From Octopus sinensis (Eukaryota), in contig NC_043000.1 in NCBI RefSeq assembly GCF_006345805.1, positions 15,128,001 to 15,192,000 on the forward strand: DNA of 64,000 bases, in the 5' to 3' direction. Of this stretch, positions 23,105 to 35,218 are shown piece by piece; position 1 is the first letter of the stretch; each line of letters opens with the position of its first letter. A program made the translations under genes and the position numbers. The notes under the pieces were generated by a model. It searched no databases. It was not told where the DNA came from and saw only the letters and a list, made by a program, of their open reading frames with translations.

Positions 23105-26100
23105 CGAGGATCAGCTGAAATGTTCATAAGTTGACCCAGATACTATTATAGAATGTGACGAAATGAGGTTTATTTTTCAACATTGTCCCCTTTGTGGCCC
23201 ACACATTTCCATTGGATCCCATTAGTGACGATGTCCTCAGTTGACGAACTATGGTCGTCCCTCAAAGCATATGTAATCTGGTTGACTGACCAAGCAGTTC
23301 CCGTTGGGCTTCCCAATAAGAAGAAACACAAGCCCTGGGTGACGAAGAAGGTTAAACGAGAACTTCGACTCAGAGATATTGCTTGGGCTAAATTCAAAGA
23401 TCTAGATTCGACTGCAGCTTTTGAGGTGTACAAAACTCAACGAGACCGAGCCGTGAAAATTGAAAAAGAAGAACACTTCAGATATGAATACAGAATCGCG
23501 GCAAACGCCAGTCGCAATCCAAAAACCTTCTTTGCCCATGTCCAACGGAATTCCCGCTTGAACAACCAAATTGCAACGTTGGTAGACTCAACAGGTGTAT
23601 CGATTGAGGACCCTTATCAGCAGAGTCAGTTATTTGCCAAGGCTTTTTCAACTATTTTCAAACAAGATGATCGTCGTGAACCCCCTCCATTTGATAGATC
23701 GGTACCTCCAATGCCTAGATCGGGCATCACTCGGGACGAAGTCAAACGCGTTATTCAAGGCCTCGATGTCAACAAGGGTCACGGCATACACCCACAGGTT
23801 ATCAAAGCGTTGGCTCCGGTCATCTGCGAACCTTGAACACTTCTATTCAATATGTCATTGGCGACGGGTGTTGTACCTGCGGACTGGAGAACAGCGATAA
23901 TCTGCCCAATTTTCAAGAAAGGGAGTTGCGAAGACCCGCTTACCTACCGACCAGTTTCCCTTACTTCAATAATCAGCAAGATGTTCGAAACCATCCTTAA
24001 GAAAAGTATGTTGCTCCACCTCCAAAACACAGCCTCTATCTCCGATTCCCAACACAGCTTCGTGCCGAAGAGATCAAGCTTGACCAACTTACTGGTAATG
24101 GAAGAATTGGTGACACGTATCCTGGATGATGGTGATGCTGTTGACATCGTTTTATTGGACTTTGTCAAAGCTTTTGACTCGGTTAACCACCACCTATTAC
24201 TTGTCAAGCTTCAAGCATATAGTTTCCATCCGGATATTGTACGATGGGTTGGTGCCTTCCTCTCAGATCGCTCCTTCCAAGTTAATGGTTCGCTGTCCGA
24301 CGTCTCCAGTGCGAGCAGTGGTGTGCCTCAAGGTTCAGTGCTTGGGCCCCTATTATTTTTAGTCTTCATAAATGACTTGCCCGATGACCTCATGCAACAT
24401 ACCCTTCTATTTGCCGATGATGTCAAACTGGTCGCTCCTCGTGGTGATATAGATGATCTTCGTCGATGCCTCCACCAAGTTTAGAGATGGTCTAACGAAT
24501 GGGACCTGTGTCTAAACATGTCAAAGTGCTGTCATCTGCCTGTTGGCTCTTCTGCAACTCAACTTGATTTCGAGCCGGGTCGTCTGCTGCTGGAGAGGAC
24601 CAACCAGGTAAAGGACCTGGGTATCTTGGTGGATTCTTCCTTTTCGCCTTCGGCCCAGTGCGTCCATGCTGCCAACAAAGCACGCTGAGTTCTGTTTTTG
24701 ATTCGACAGTCATTCGGAATTCTCGCAGCAGCCATATTCCTACCACTCTATGTCACGCTGGTGAGACCCATATTGGAGTACGGGATTCAAGCCTCTTCTC
24801 CTTATCTCCTCAAAAACATACATCATCTCGAAAGAGTCCAGAAGCTGGCTACCCGCATGGTTCTTGGTCTCAAGCATTTGTCTTATGAAGGCTGAAGACG
24901 CTCGACCTTTATTCTCTAGAAAAACGCCACCACCGCGGTGATCTCATTCTTGCTCACAACATCATAAGCGGAAAGTGTAACCTCTCGAAAGAGCTGTTCT
25001 TCACTCCTGCTCCAAAGCGTCGGCTGCAGGGTCACTCCGAAAAGCTCTATCTGCGACGATTTCATCTCAATCGAAGGAGAGGGGCTTTCTCCGTCCGGGT
25101 TGCGGATCCGTGGAATAAGCTGCCGGACGATATAGTGAAGATGCCGACGACCGCTCGGTTCAAAGTCTCTCTTGACCAGAAATGGCCTGAACTCTTTGCA
25201 TGAACACCCTCCCTGTACATAACTCCATGTCCCCCTACATGGCCTTGCTTTTTGCTTTTTGAGCCAAAAAATCAACTTAACTTACCATGTTGGGCAAGAA
25301 AGTCATCAGCAGCCTATATGACATTAGTGCAATACTAGTTCCCAGCCAAGTGCTTTTTCATGTTGGGGAATATGGGGCCAAATCAAGAGAATAGGGAGGG
25401 TGATCAATCAATTTAAAGCCACAGTTACACACAGCAACCATTGAAACCAAGGACTTGTGTGCTACGACATTGTCCTCATGAAACCAAACCTCTTTTGTCA
25501 GTTTTCTGCGCATTTGGTCTTCATAGCCTTTCGTAATTACCTCAGCAATTTGGGATGGTACCCACCATTGATGGTGTGGCCCTTTTGAAAATAATTTTGC
25601 ATCCCCCCAAAACAGGCCATCACCTTCTCTGTAGATAAAACAACCTTGGCTTTTTGGGAGCAGGTAAGGAGAAGTGTTTCCACTGAATGGATTGTCTCTT
25701 TGTCTCTGGTTCAAAGAGATGCTGACAACACTCATCCTGGCTTAAGAAATGTTCAAAGAAACTAGCTGGATCTGCTTTAAATAATGTCAGATTTTCCTGT
25801 GATATGATCAGCCAGGTGTGCTTTTGATTAGGTGTCAATAGATGTGACATCTACCGAGCAGAAACTTACCAAGCTCATTGTTCAGAACATTCTCAGCTCT
25901 CTTACAAGATATTCTAGTAGCATTGGCTATCAATCACATGTCATCCATCACTGAGTTAAACACGATCAATATTTTCATTAACGGTGACAGTTGCAGGACG
26001 TCCAGGCTTTGGGTCAACCTCCAGACTCTCCCCTCCTCTCCTAAACTCAGCTGCCCACTTTTGTACTGTTGATAAAGCTGGAGTGTCATACCCTAATGCA

Positions 26101-26363
26101 GCAACAATGTCAACATGAATATTGGTGGCTAAACCGTTTTACCACAGGTGCAGGATAACAACACGATGCCAAATTTTGTCCATTTTCAAGGAATGTTGCT
26201 GCCAGTTACTTTTGAAGTGTTCTTTGAACAGTCAGATATCATTTTACTTGGAAAGAAGCAATGCAGCTGTTAATAAAATGTGTTGAAATTAATGCATGCA
26301 ATATTCTGTAGCTCTTGCACCACTTCTTTGTAGTTAGCTTGTGAACTTCTCGGATCACCCTCG
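23105..26363 (-). mobile_element. Decayed mariner element split by a CR1-type LINE
   Basis: TA|cgaggatcagctgaaatgttcataag ... cttgtgaacttctcggatcaccctcg|TA imperfect TIRs; minus-strand HEDNVVAHKS...HPPYSLDLAP (ORF 25358-25735) matches mariner HDNA...HPPYSPDLAP. Confidence 0.7.
23221..25285 (+). mobile_element. 5'-truncated CR1/L2-group LINE, ORF2 (reverse transcriptase) pseudogenised
   Basis: YRPVSLTS, VPQGSVLGPLLFLVFINDLP, LFADD motifs; in-frame stops at 23834, 24482 and about 24686, frameshift near 24890; ORF ends 25203; 3' hairpin CCATGT-ccccct-ACATGG and (TAAC)-type tail. Confidence 0.92.
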
Positions 26364-26427
26364 TATTATAAAAAGTAAATGAAAGTTTAGCGCTCGTTCA
26401 ACTGAAGTGTAATAGTCAAATTGATTT

Positions 26428-26838
26428 GGATCTTCTCGGTTTGAACGGCAGTTTTTAACATAATTTCTAGGTAACTAAAAAATTTTAAACTTCGTATACT
26501 GGTAGAATGTGTTTATAAAACATCTTTTTCTCTTGGCTTTATTGAGAAAATTCTATAGTTTGTAAGATATTTGTTGTTTTTTTCTTCAATTTCTGCAATT
26601 TCAACCAATCAGCGACGTCTATTGAGTTAAAAAGCATTCTGTGCTGTATGAATATGTCCCTCGTTTAAGAAACAGATTGGGTTTATTTATATTTCTGAAG
26701 AAAAAAAGATACCCTTCCCCCAAAACCCTAACCCTAAAACAGATTGAAATGCAATAGATCGATACTAGGGTCATAATTATGGGGGACAATTTCATATGAC
26801 ATCGCTAGAAAAAACAGCCGTTCAAACCGAAAAGATCC
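26428..26838. mobile_element. MITE with ggatctt(c/t)tcggtttgaacggc TIRs
   Basis: About 22-bp inverted termini ggatcttctcggtttgaacggc / gccgttcaaaccgaaaagatcc. Confidence 0.8.
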
Positions 26839-27226
26839 TAGTTTATGAACTTATCAGACCACCCTCGTATTATAAAAAGTAAATAAAAGTTTAGCGCTTA
26901 TACATCTGAAGTGCAATAGTCAAATTGATTCCGAAGGAATCCAAACATTCTGCCCCAATTCTTAAATTAGTCCTAGTTTGGTTTATCGTATCCTCTAACC
27001 TTTTAGGTCATTTCGATGTCACTCAGACTTGTTTATGCTGTGGTATAACTAAGGAAAACTAACTTTATTCCTCTACATAGAAAGATTAAAATGAAACTCT
27101 CGTCCAAATTCGGACGAGCTATTTGAATTGTATGTTTTAGTCTTCTTTCACAAGTCAGCATCTTTCACAAGTAATAGGAGATGAAGTGTCGATGTCTCAT
27201 TTGGTTACACGATCAATGTATGTTAG

Positions 27227-27600
27227 AAAGGCGGCGAGCTGGCAGAAACGTTAGCACGCCGGGCGAAATGCGTAGCCCTATTTCGTCTGCCGTTACGTCA
27301 TAACTTTGCCTTTCATCCTTTCGGGGTCGATAAATTAACTACCAGTTACCCACTGGGGTCGATATAATCGACTTAATCCGTTTGTCTGTCCTCTCTGTTT
27401 TTAGCCCCTTGTGGATAATAAAGAAATAGGTATTTCGCCTGCCATTACATTCTGGGTTCAAATTCCGCCGAGGTCGACTTTGCCTTTCATCCTTTTGGGG
27501 TCGATAAATTAAGTACCAGTTACGCACTGGCGTCGATGTAATCGATTTAATCCCTTTGTCTGTCCCCTCTATGTTTAGTCCCTTGTGGGTAATAAAGAAA
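27227..27600 (+). mobile_element. SINE family C with tandem partial duplication just upstream of MRPL11. Other copies 28058-28275(+), 33568-33795(+), 34520-34712(-), 63480-63670(+)
   Basis: gaaggcggcgagctggcagaaacgttagcacgccgggcg...gactttgcctttcatcctttcggggtcgataaatt repeated in each copy. Confidence 0.85.
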
Positions 27601-27744
27601 CAGATCACGCTATGTGAGACTCGTGTTCATGTCATCTGCTCTCATTTTGCAACCCAATTACTTTAAAAAAAGTGAAATTGTAAGACAGTCAGGATTATGT
27701 CTCTTGATCAAGGGAGATAATCGACACAAACGACATTCAGCAAG

Positions 27745-27903
27745 ATGGCTTCTAAAGCTGGGAGAAAATTTGGGAAAGCTGCTGGCATGGCTGGTAAACA
27801 AGTTATGGATAAAAGTAAGCAGAGGCAAACTCAGACCTTAAAACCTATTATACCATGTGGCAAAGCTGTAGCTGCTCCGCCATTAGGACCTCGACTCGGG
27901 CAG
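27745..27903 (+). CDS. MRPL11: Mitochondrial ribosomal protein L11 (uL11m), exon 1
   Basis: MASKAGRKFG...LKPIIPCGKAVAAPPLGPRLGQ|gtaagt; the uL11 PPLGPxLGQ motif; 159 nt. Confidence 0.95.
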
Positions 27904-28933
27904 GTAAGTCTCAGAATATAGTCAAGGTTGTTTAAGGGCACGTGTATAAATATCGGTCGTGTTTTTGTTTTCCCCTTATATTTAGATAGTTGTTTGAATA
28001 ATTCGAAAAGCTACGACATTGAAAGCAGTACACAAGTTAGAGGTATTTGTGTTTAAGAAGGCGGCGAGCTGGCAGAAACGTCAGCACGCCGGGCGAAATG
28101 CGTAGCCGTTAGGTTCTGAGTTCAAATTCCGCTGAGGTCGACTTTGCCTTTCATCCTTTCGGGGTCGATAAATTAAGTACCAGTTACGCACTGGGGTCGA
28201 TGTAATCGACTTAAACCGTTTGTCTGTCCTCTCTGTTTTTAGCCCCTTGTGGTTACTAAAGAAATAGGTATTTGTGTTTAAGTGGACTTCGTTGAATATT
28301 GTTTTTACTTTGTTTACTGTCAATAATTCGAAGTCAACTTTGTCTTTCACCCATTCATTGTCCTGTATAGGCTAAACTAAGGGCCCTGGCACAATTTCAC
28401 TTTTCGTATCAACTGCATGAACCCTTCCTCCGAAAAAAATGTCTGTGTAAGAAATGCAAATAACTAGTGCAACTGTAGTTAAACATAATTTCATACTAGC
28501 GATGCAGGTATCAGTTGAGACTAAAAGAAAAAACAAAAACATTGTGTATTTCTAGGGTTCTGGTTCGGTATCGATTTCTGTTTGGAATTATCTCCTTAGA
28601 ACGTCGCTTGATATAGTAATTTGAAACATCAATTATCTACCAGAGAATATTTGGGATACCTTAATCAGAAACTACCCATTTTAAACTTGGTGTCCCAAAG
28701 CGAACCAAAATAACAATAGATGTAAGATTTAAAAAAATTCTTATTGCATTTCTTTAATATTGTATGAATGAATATACGTGTATGGTGAAAGTACCATTCT
28801 GTCTAGAGATTTCATAACTTATTTTCTTGTAACAGTATGTTTAAACTAAATTCAACAGTTTAGTCATTCCTCTGTTATTGTGATCCCTTATGACCGTTGT
28901 ATCCTATAATCTAAATGTTTCTGTTTTCTACAG

Positions 28934-29029
28934 CTTGGTGTTGCGATAGGAACGTTTTGTAGAGATTTTAATGAAAAGACTGCTCATTTTAAACCTGGCA
29001 TCCCAATGCGTACCAAAATCACTGTAAAT
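28934..29029 (+). CDS. MRPL11: MRPL11 exon 2
   Basis: ttttctacag|LGVAIGTFCRDFNEKTAHFKPGIPMRTKITVN|gtaaga; 96 nt. Confidence 0.95.
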
Positions 29030-30995
29030 GTAAGATTATTTTTGTTTTATTATTCTTTTGTAAAAAAGATATAATTTACAGCTCTGTAATCTGGTACACT
29101 TCTGTTTAAACCATTTCACCACTCTTTTGCATATGTAAATAAATATTAAATGTTAACTTTTCATCTAGTTATTAAAGAAACGTCTCCTCATAATTGAATC
29201 ACTTTCGGTAGTTATTGATTATCATCATTGTTTAATATCCATTTTCCATGCCCATGCATGCATAGGTAGGACGGTTGACAGGAGCTAGCCAGGTAGAAGA
29301 CTACCCTAGACTACTGTGTCTGTTTTTATGGTTGAATGCTCTTCCTAACATCAACCACTCTTCAGAGTTGACTCGGTGCTTTTTACGTAGCACTAACACA
29401 GACAAAGTTAGTTTTGGCATGATTTTTACAGCTGGATGCCCTTCCAAATGCCAGCCACTTTCCACTGTGGACTGGATGCTTTTTATGTGGTACCGGCACT
29501 GATTAGTTTGTATAAAATAAATCACATTGTTGGGAACTTTATCTTCGACTTTAGTTGGGCCACATTTCAAAGAATGTGAGGGTATTGCATGTGTGAGGTG
29601 TTAACTATGTTGAGCAATAAGCCTAACAAAACTACTGGGTTATGTTAAGTCTATCACATTCACTTGTTTCTCAGGTATTTTTTATGGAATTCAGTCTTTT
29701 GTATGTATATAGTCCAGGCCCTTCGTCAGCCTGAACGAGACGACTGGATGCTGATGAATAGGTACAACTGACTGGACATTCAGCCTGTTTTGGCAACTGC
29801 ACTTTTTGGTGTTGGAGGCAAACCCACAGAAATATATACATAGATACAAAGAGAGAGACAGACATATTGGTATTAATTGAACGCACTTAACATAAACATT
29901 TTCCTTCTCATACGCATAGAGAAATATGCTCATATTCACATAAATAGAAACAAAGAGGAAGGGAAGGAGAGAACAAGAGGAACATTAGCATGCCTGTTAT
30001 CAAATAAGTCCATATCGAATCAGCAACACCAAAATAGCTGTGGCAAAACATCTCATACCCCTTTGTCAGGGAAGGGTTAGGGCTCTATTCTTGCAAAGAG
30101 AGAAAGCTACAAAGAATGAGGGAAGGAAATTGACTGAAATGAGTATTGAAACTGCATGGAAAGCAGTTTTCCAAGCGCTTACTGCCATTATTTAGTACAG
30201 GTTTGTATTAGAATCAGAAGGGCTGTGAGACTAAGATGCTGTGCTATTGACCGCATTCTAATGAGTTTAGACTTTGGTATGGTACATAACTTTAATTACC
30301 CTAGTTTGCCTGATTAATCCAAAACATTTCATAGCTGAGTATATAAAAAAAATGGGTAAAGGGGAGAGGAACAGATATTAAGAAGGTGATATAGATCTTA
30401 TTTGAGATGGAAATTTGGCTGAATGATACTGAAGCACAGTAGTGACCAAGATGATTTGTAAGCTAACAAATCAAATTTTAGTAAATATGAAAATAGCATA
30501 AACAGGGGTGATTAAAGATGGGAGAAAAAAAGATAAGAGGATAGATTAGTGGTTGTTTATTGTATTCACTATTAAACAGTTTGTGGAGGCGTGTGGCTTA
30601 GTGGTTAGGGTGTCAGCACCATGATCGTAAGATTGTGGTTTCGATTCCTGGACAGGGCAACGCATTTTGTTCTTGAGCAAAACACTTCATTTCACGTTGC
30701 TCCAGTCCACTCAGCTGGCAAAAATGAGTAATGCTGCGATGGACTGGCGTCCCGTCCAGCTGGGGAACACATACGCCATAGAAACCGGGGCTCATGAGCC
30801 TGGCTAGGCTTTGAAAGGGTGCATTTATTGTATTCACTATTAAACAGTTTAAGCTGTGTTGTGATATTCACAATATTTAATTTTGATCATTTTGTCAGAT
30901 TATTTTTCTTCTCAATTGTAATTATAAACTATTTTCTTGTGTGATAGGAAAATATTTCTATTAATCAACTTATCATCCAATGTTTTATCTATTAG

Positions 30996-31089
30996 CCTGA
31001 TCGCAGTTACCAACTTGATTTGTTAACTCCACCAACATCATATTTCCTCAAACAAGCAGCAGGCATAGAGAAAGCAGCTATGGTGGGAG
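30996..31089 (+). CDS. MRPL11: MRPL11 exon 3
   Basis: tctattag|PDRSYQLDLLTPPTSYFLKQAAGIEKAAMVG+G|gtaaga; 94 nt, ends phase 1. Confidence 0.95.
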
Positions 31090-31494
31090 GTAAGATGTGT
31101 TTTATTTTGAATTAGTTTCTACAGTCGCGTGTGTGTGTGTCTGTGTGGCTTTACCATTCAATGTCTGTTTTCCATGCTAGCATGGATTGGACAGTTTCAT
31201 AGGAGTTGGCTTTCTAGAGAACTGTGCAAAGCTCCTGTGTCTGTTTTGGGCATGGCTTCTATGGTTGGATGCCCTTCCTAATGCCATCCACTTTACAGAA
31301 TGTATTGGATGTTTTTTTTACAGGCATTGGCACTGGTGAGGTCACCAAATAACTAGCAAAACAAACTTCCTCATTAAGTGGGTGCAGTATTGAGGGCTGT
31401 GGCTTTAATGCCAGGTGATGAGAGGTGTGTACAATTTAAAATAAAAAAAGCGGCTTTTTGTGTTGTTGCAGGGGCTAGAGTCGGTTATCTTTTA

Positions 31495-31869
31495 TCTAAT
31501 CTATAAAATGAAGAAGGTGAACATTGATATAAATTGGATTTTTATGTAAAAAGGGGTCTAAATGGGGTTGGAAGGGGATTAAAATTTACAGGAGGGGGTA
31601 ACTTGAGTCGAGAAATTGATTGGGAGACATTTTGGGAAGCTACAGTGGTTGCTTTGCTGTGAAAACAGGGATTTTATTGATTTTGGGGGTCTAGATTGGA
31701 CACCTTTTGCCCGTTTTCAATCAAATTTTCAACATGGTAAAGTGAAAGCGGATTTGTAATTTAAGCGCAGAAAATGGGTTTGAAATTTTGAAAATTAAGG
31801 CAAGATTTAAGAAACAGAAAGTAACAAGCACACCCACACCTGTGCGCAGAGCGGGTCACCTTAAGCTAG
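31495..31869 (+). mobile_element. Non-autonomous Helitron-like element in MRPL11 intron 3
   Basis: A|TCtaatctataaaatg ... acctgtgcgcagagcgggt hairpin ... CTAG|T. Confidence 0.6.
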
Positions 31870-32484
31870 TCAACCATATTAATTCTGATTTAAACAGTCT
31901 AAAAGGAAGCAACTCCCAATTTTTGGTTTTCTTTTTCTGTCCTCTTATCCTTTTTGGGACTTTTTTTTTTCAAAAAGCACTGACCATGTTGTATATTTGT
32001 GTCTGAAAGTTTGCTTGAAAATACACAAGATGCTATATAAGCTTGTCCAACAATTGTGTTTCCACAACATGGAACTAACAGTGGCTTGAATTTAAATCCT
32101 GTGTATATTAAATGATATCTCTCGCTGGATGAGGTACGTTTTTGTTGATCACACCAATAGCAGAACAGTACATTTTATATATATATATATATAAAATAAC
32201 TTCTTTAACTGAACCAGTTAAACAAAAGTGGATGTTAATTGATGATACTGGTTATTATTCAAATTTTTTCTAATTTATATATATATAATATATTATATTT
32301 TGTGAAATTTGATTTAGTATTTCTGAATTGAATTTTTCCCTTAAGTTTGGAATAATGAGTGTGTGTGTGTTTTCTTGATATCACATAATGGTTGTATACG
32401 ACCATCACCATCATGCTAGTGAGTTTCCAGTTTTTTGTAGAAAACATGTCTAGCTATGAGACAATATTATCCTGCTTGGAAACA

Positions 32485-32690
32485 GTTAGTTAGTTAGTTA
32501 ATTTTGGCTCAAAAGCAAATAGCAAGGCCATGTAGGGGGACATGGAGTTAAGTACAGGGTGGTGTTCATGTAAAGAGTTCAGGCCACTTGAAGTCAAGGG
32601 AGGCTTTGAACAAAGCGGTCGTCGGCATCTTCACTATCTCGTCTGGCAGCTTGTTCCACGGATCTGCAACCCGGACGGAGAAAGCTCCTG
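32485..32690 (-). mobile_element. 3' end of the same CR1-type LINE family as 23221-25285
   Basis: Reverse complement of 25085-25280 including ccatgtagggggacatgg and (gtta)n tail. Confidence 0.85.
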
Positions 32691-32860
32691 AGAGTTGGCA
32701 ACAGAGAGGACGCCTAGCTGTAAAAAGATTTACCTCTACAAATTCTGACTGAACCTGTTAAACAAAAGTGGATGGTAATTGATGATGCTGGTTATTATTT
32801 CAAAGATTGGTAATAAAAGATTGTATTACTTCTGAATAATTCCTTTTATTTTCATTTCAG

Positions 32861-33123
32861 GAGGTGAAGTATCTGGAAAGCTTACCTTAAAACATATTTA
32901 TGAAATTGCTAAAATTAAAAGTGAAGATCCAGCATTCTTAGGTCAATCCTTGCAGAACATTTGTAAGGGCCTTATTGGAACATGCCGGTCATGTGGCATT
33001 AAGGTTGTCCCGTCACTAGATGTTGAGGAATACACTGAATTTTTGGAGGAGAGACGTGCTTTTGTGAAAGCAGAAGAAGAGAGACTTGAAGAACTGAAGC
33101 AGGCAAAGATGTTACGAATATGA
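32861..33123 (+). CDS. MRPL11: MRPL11 exon 4 (to stop); total protein 203 aa
   Basis: ttcatttcag|(G)GEVSGKLTLKHIYEIAKIKSEDPAF...CGIKVV...KMLRI*; phase matches exon 3. Confidence 0.95.
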
Positions 33124-33420
33124 GACATAGAGAAGAAAATAAAATATTTTTTAAAAAAAGAAAGGGATATATCTTAACTCTGTAATTTTCTACTGTTTGC
33201 TGGTGCACTTATCACATTTGATAGTCCTGGGGTCGATTTGCTTGACCCAATACCAAAACATGTCACGAGTATGACATGTTTTGGTATTGCTGACTTATTT
33301 AACCCGACATGTTTTGATGTTTCTCTCTCCTCACCTTGCTCTATGTTTGTGTGTGTGCATCTTTGTCTTTATGTGTATGAGGAGAGGGAAAGTGCTTACA
33401 GCAAATCTGTTCAATTAATA

Positions 33421-34500
33421 TACAGGGTGTCCATTAAGTCATGGTGCAATGCTACCAAATTACTCCATTTCTAAGCTTGAACAATCAGAACTGATAGAGA
33501 ATACAGTTTTTCAACAAGGTGGGGCACCTTGTCACTTTGCTTTGCAGGTTAGGTAGTTTCTAACTAGAAGGCAGCGAGCTGGCAGAAACGTTAGCACGCC
33601 GGGCGGAATGCGTAGCCGTATTTCGTCTGCCATTACATTCTGAGTTCAAATTCCGCCGAGGTCTACTTTGCCTTTCATCCTTTCGGGGTCGATTATATAA
33701 GTACTAGATACGCACTGGGGTCAATATAATCGACTTAATCTGTTTGTTCCCTCTGTGTGTGTAGCCCCTTGTGGGCAGTAAAGAAATAGGTTAGGTAGTT
33801 TCTGAATGAGAAATTCCCTAACAGCCCACTTATGGATGCCTTTCCTCCCTTGGACACAAAGACCTGTTGAGGCAAGCGAAGTCGATATCGAACCTCATCT
33901 GACGACAGGCACCCATGCCAACCCCCTCTGCTTGCGAAGACATGTTGGGGCAAGTGAAATCGGAATCGAAATTGAACCAATCCTATGACTAGCACCCGGC
34001 AGATGCCAGGGTCCCTGGACAGGTGGTACGTAAAAAGCACTATCCGAATCTTGGCCGATGCCAGCGCCGCCTCGACTGGCTTCCGTGCCGGTGGCACGTA
34101 AAATGCACCAATCCAACCGTGGCCATTGCCAGCCTCGCCTGGCACCTGTGCGGGTGGCACGTAAAAAGCACCCACTACACTCACGGAGTGGTTGGCATTA
34201 GGAAGGGCATCCAGCTGTAGAAACATTGCCAGATAAGACTGGAGCCTGGTGCAGCCTTCTGGCTTCCCAGATCCCCGGTCGAACCGTCCAACCCATGCTA
34301 GCATGGAGAACGGACATTAAACGATGATGATGATGGATTGAAAGAGGTGGACCATTATTTTGGCCTCCATTTCACCAGATTTGACTCCATTGGATTTCTT
34401 TTTATGGGGACATGTGAAAACTATTGTTTATTCAGCTAAGCATTAACCTTTAGAAGACTTGAAAGCAAGGATAATTGATGTGATTGAAGGTGTTAAAATT
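33421..34500 (+). mobile_element. Old Tc1/mariner-superfamily remnant carrying nested SINE C and RTE tail (33810-34334)
   Basis: TA|cagggtgtcc end at 33421; WIERGGPLFWPP-SPDLTPLDFFLWGHVK at about 34335-34420 (one-base frameshift). Confidence 0.55.
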
Positions 34501-34708
34501 TTTTTAAGAACTACAGAATTATATTTCTTATTTCTTTACTGCCCACAAGGGGCTACACACAAAGGGGACAAACAAACGGATTGAGTCGATTATATTGACC
34601 CAGTGCGTAACTGGTACTTACTTAATCGACCCTGAAAAGATGAAAGGCAAAGTCGACCTCGGCAGAATTTGAACTCAGAACGTAGTGGCAGACGAAATAC
34701 TGCTAAAC

Positions 34709-35218
34709 CTTTTGCCATTACATTTTTAATCAACCAAATATGAACCATTTTGTTCCACAATGCGTCTCCATCTTTCCTTTAACTTGAAAATACCCTCTTC
34801 CCAGAATTGAGGTGGTTTCATGGCAAACAATTCATCAAGGTATCTTTTTAGGTCATCCAAGGAATTGAAATTTTTACCATTAAGACTATTCTGCAGAGAC
34901 CTGAATAAGTGGAAATCCAAAGGAGCAATATCTGGTGAATATGGAGGGTGGGGTAACACATCCCAGCCGAGCTGCAGCAATTTCTGTCTGGTTCCCAAAG
35001 CATCAAGTGCCGAAAATGAACTTTCTTATCTTCCATTTTAAAGGGTTACAAAATTAACACAGGTTATAGGAACATAAATCTTCTTCAATGAACAGATAGC
35101 TTAAACTGTACTCTAAATGGAGGTGTATTCAAATCCTATTTTATGGACACAACCTTGTTCTAAAATAAGTCGAAAGGTAAGCTACTATAAATCAGCATGA
35201 ACTTTCTGGACAACCCAA
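34709..35218 (-). mobile_element. Internally deleted mariner (SETMAR/mellifera-like)
   Basis: TA|ttgggttgtccagaaagttc TIR; N-terminus MEDKKVHFRHLMLWE joined out of frame to C-terminus TRQKLLQLGWDVLPHPPYSPDIAPLDFHLFRSLQN...EQNGSY. Confidence 0.85.

Noticed and set aside
29700-29800. Hammerhead-like cores (CTGACGA on -, CTGATGA on +)
   Set aside because: Neither has a stem II followed by GAAA and a matching NUH/stem I.
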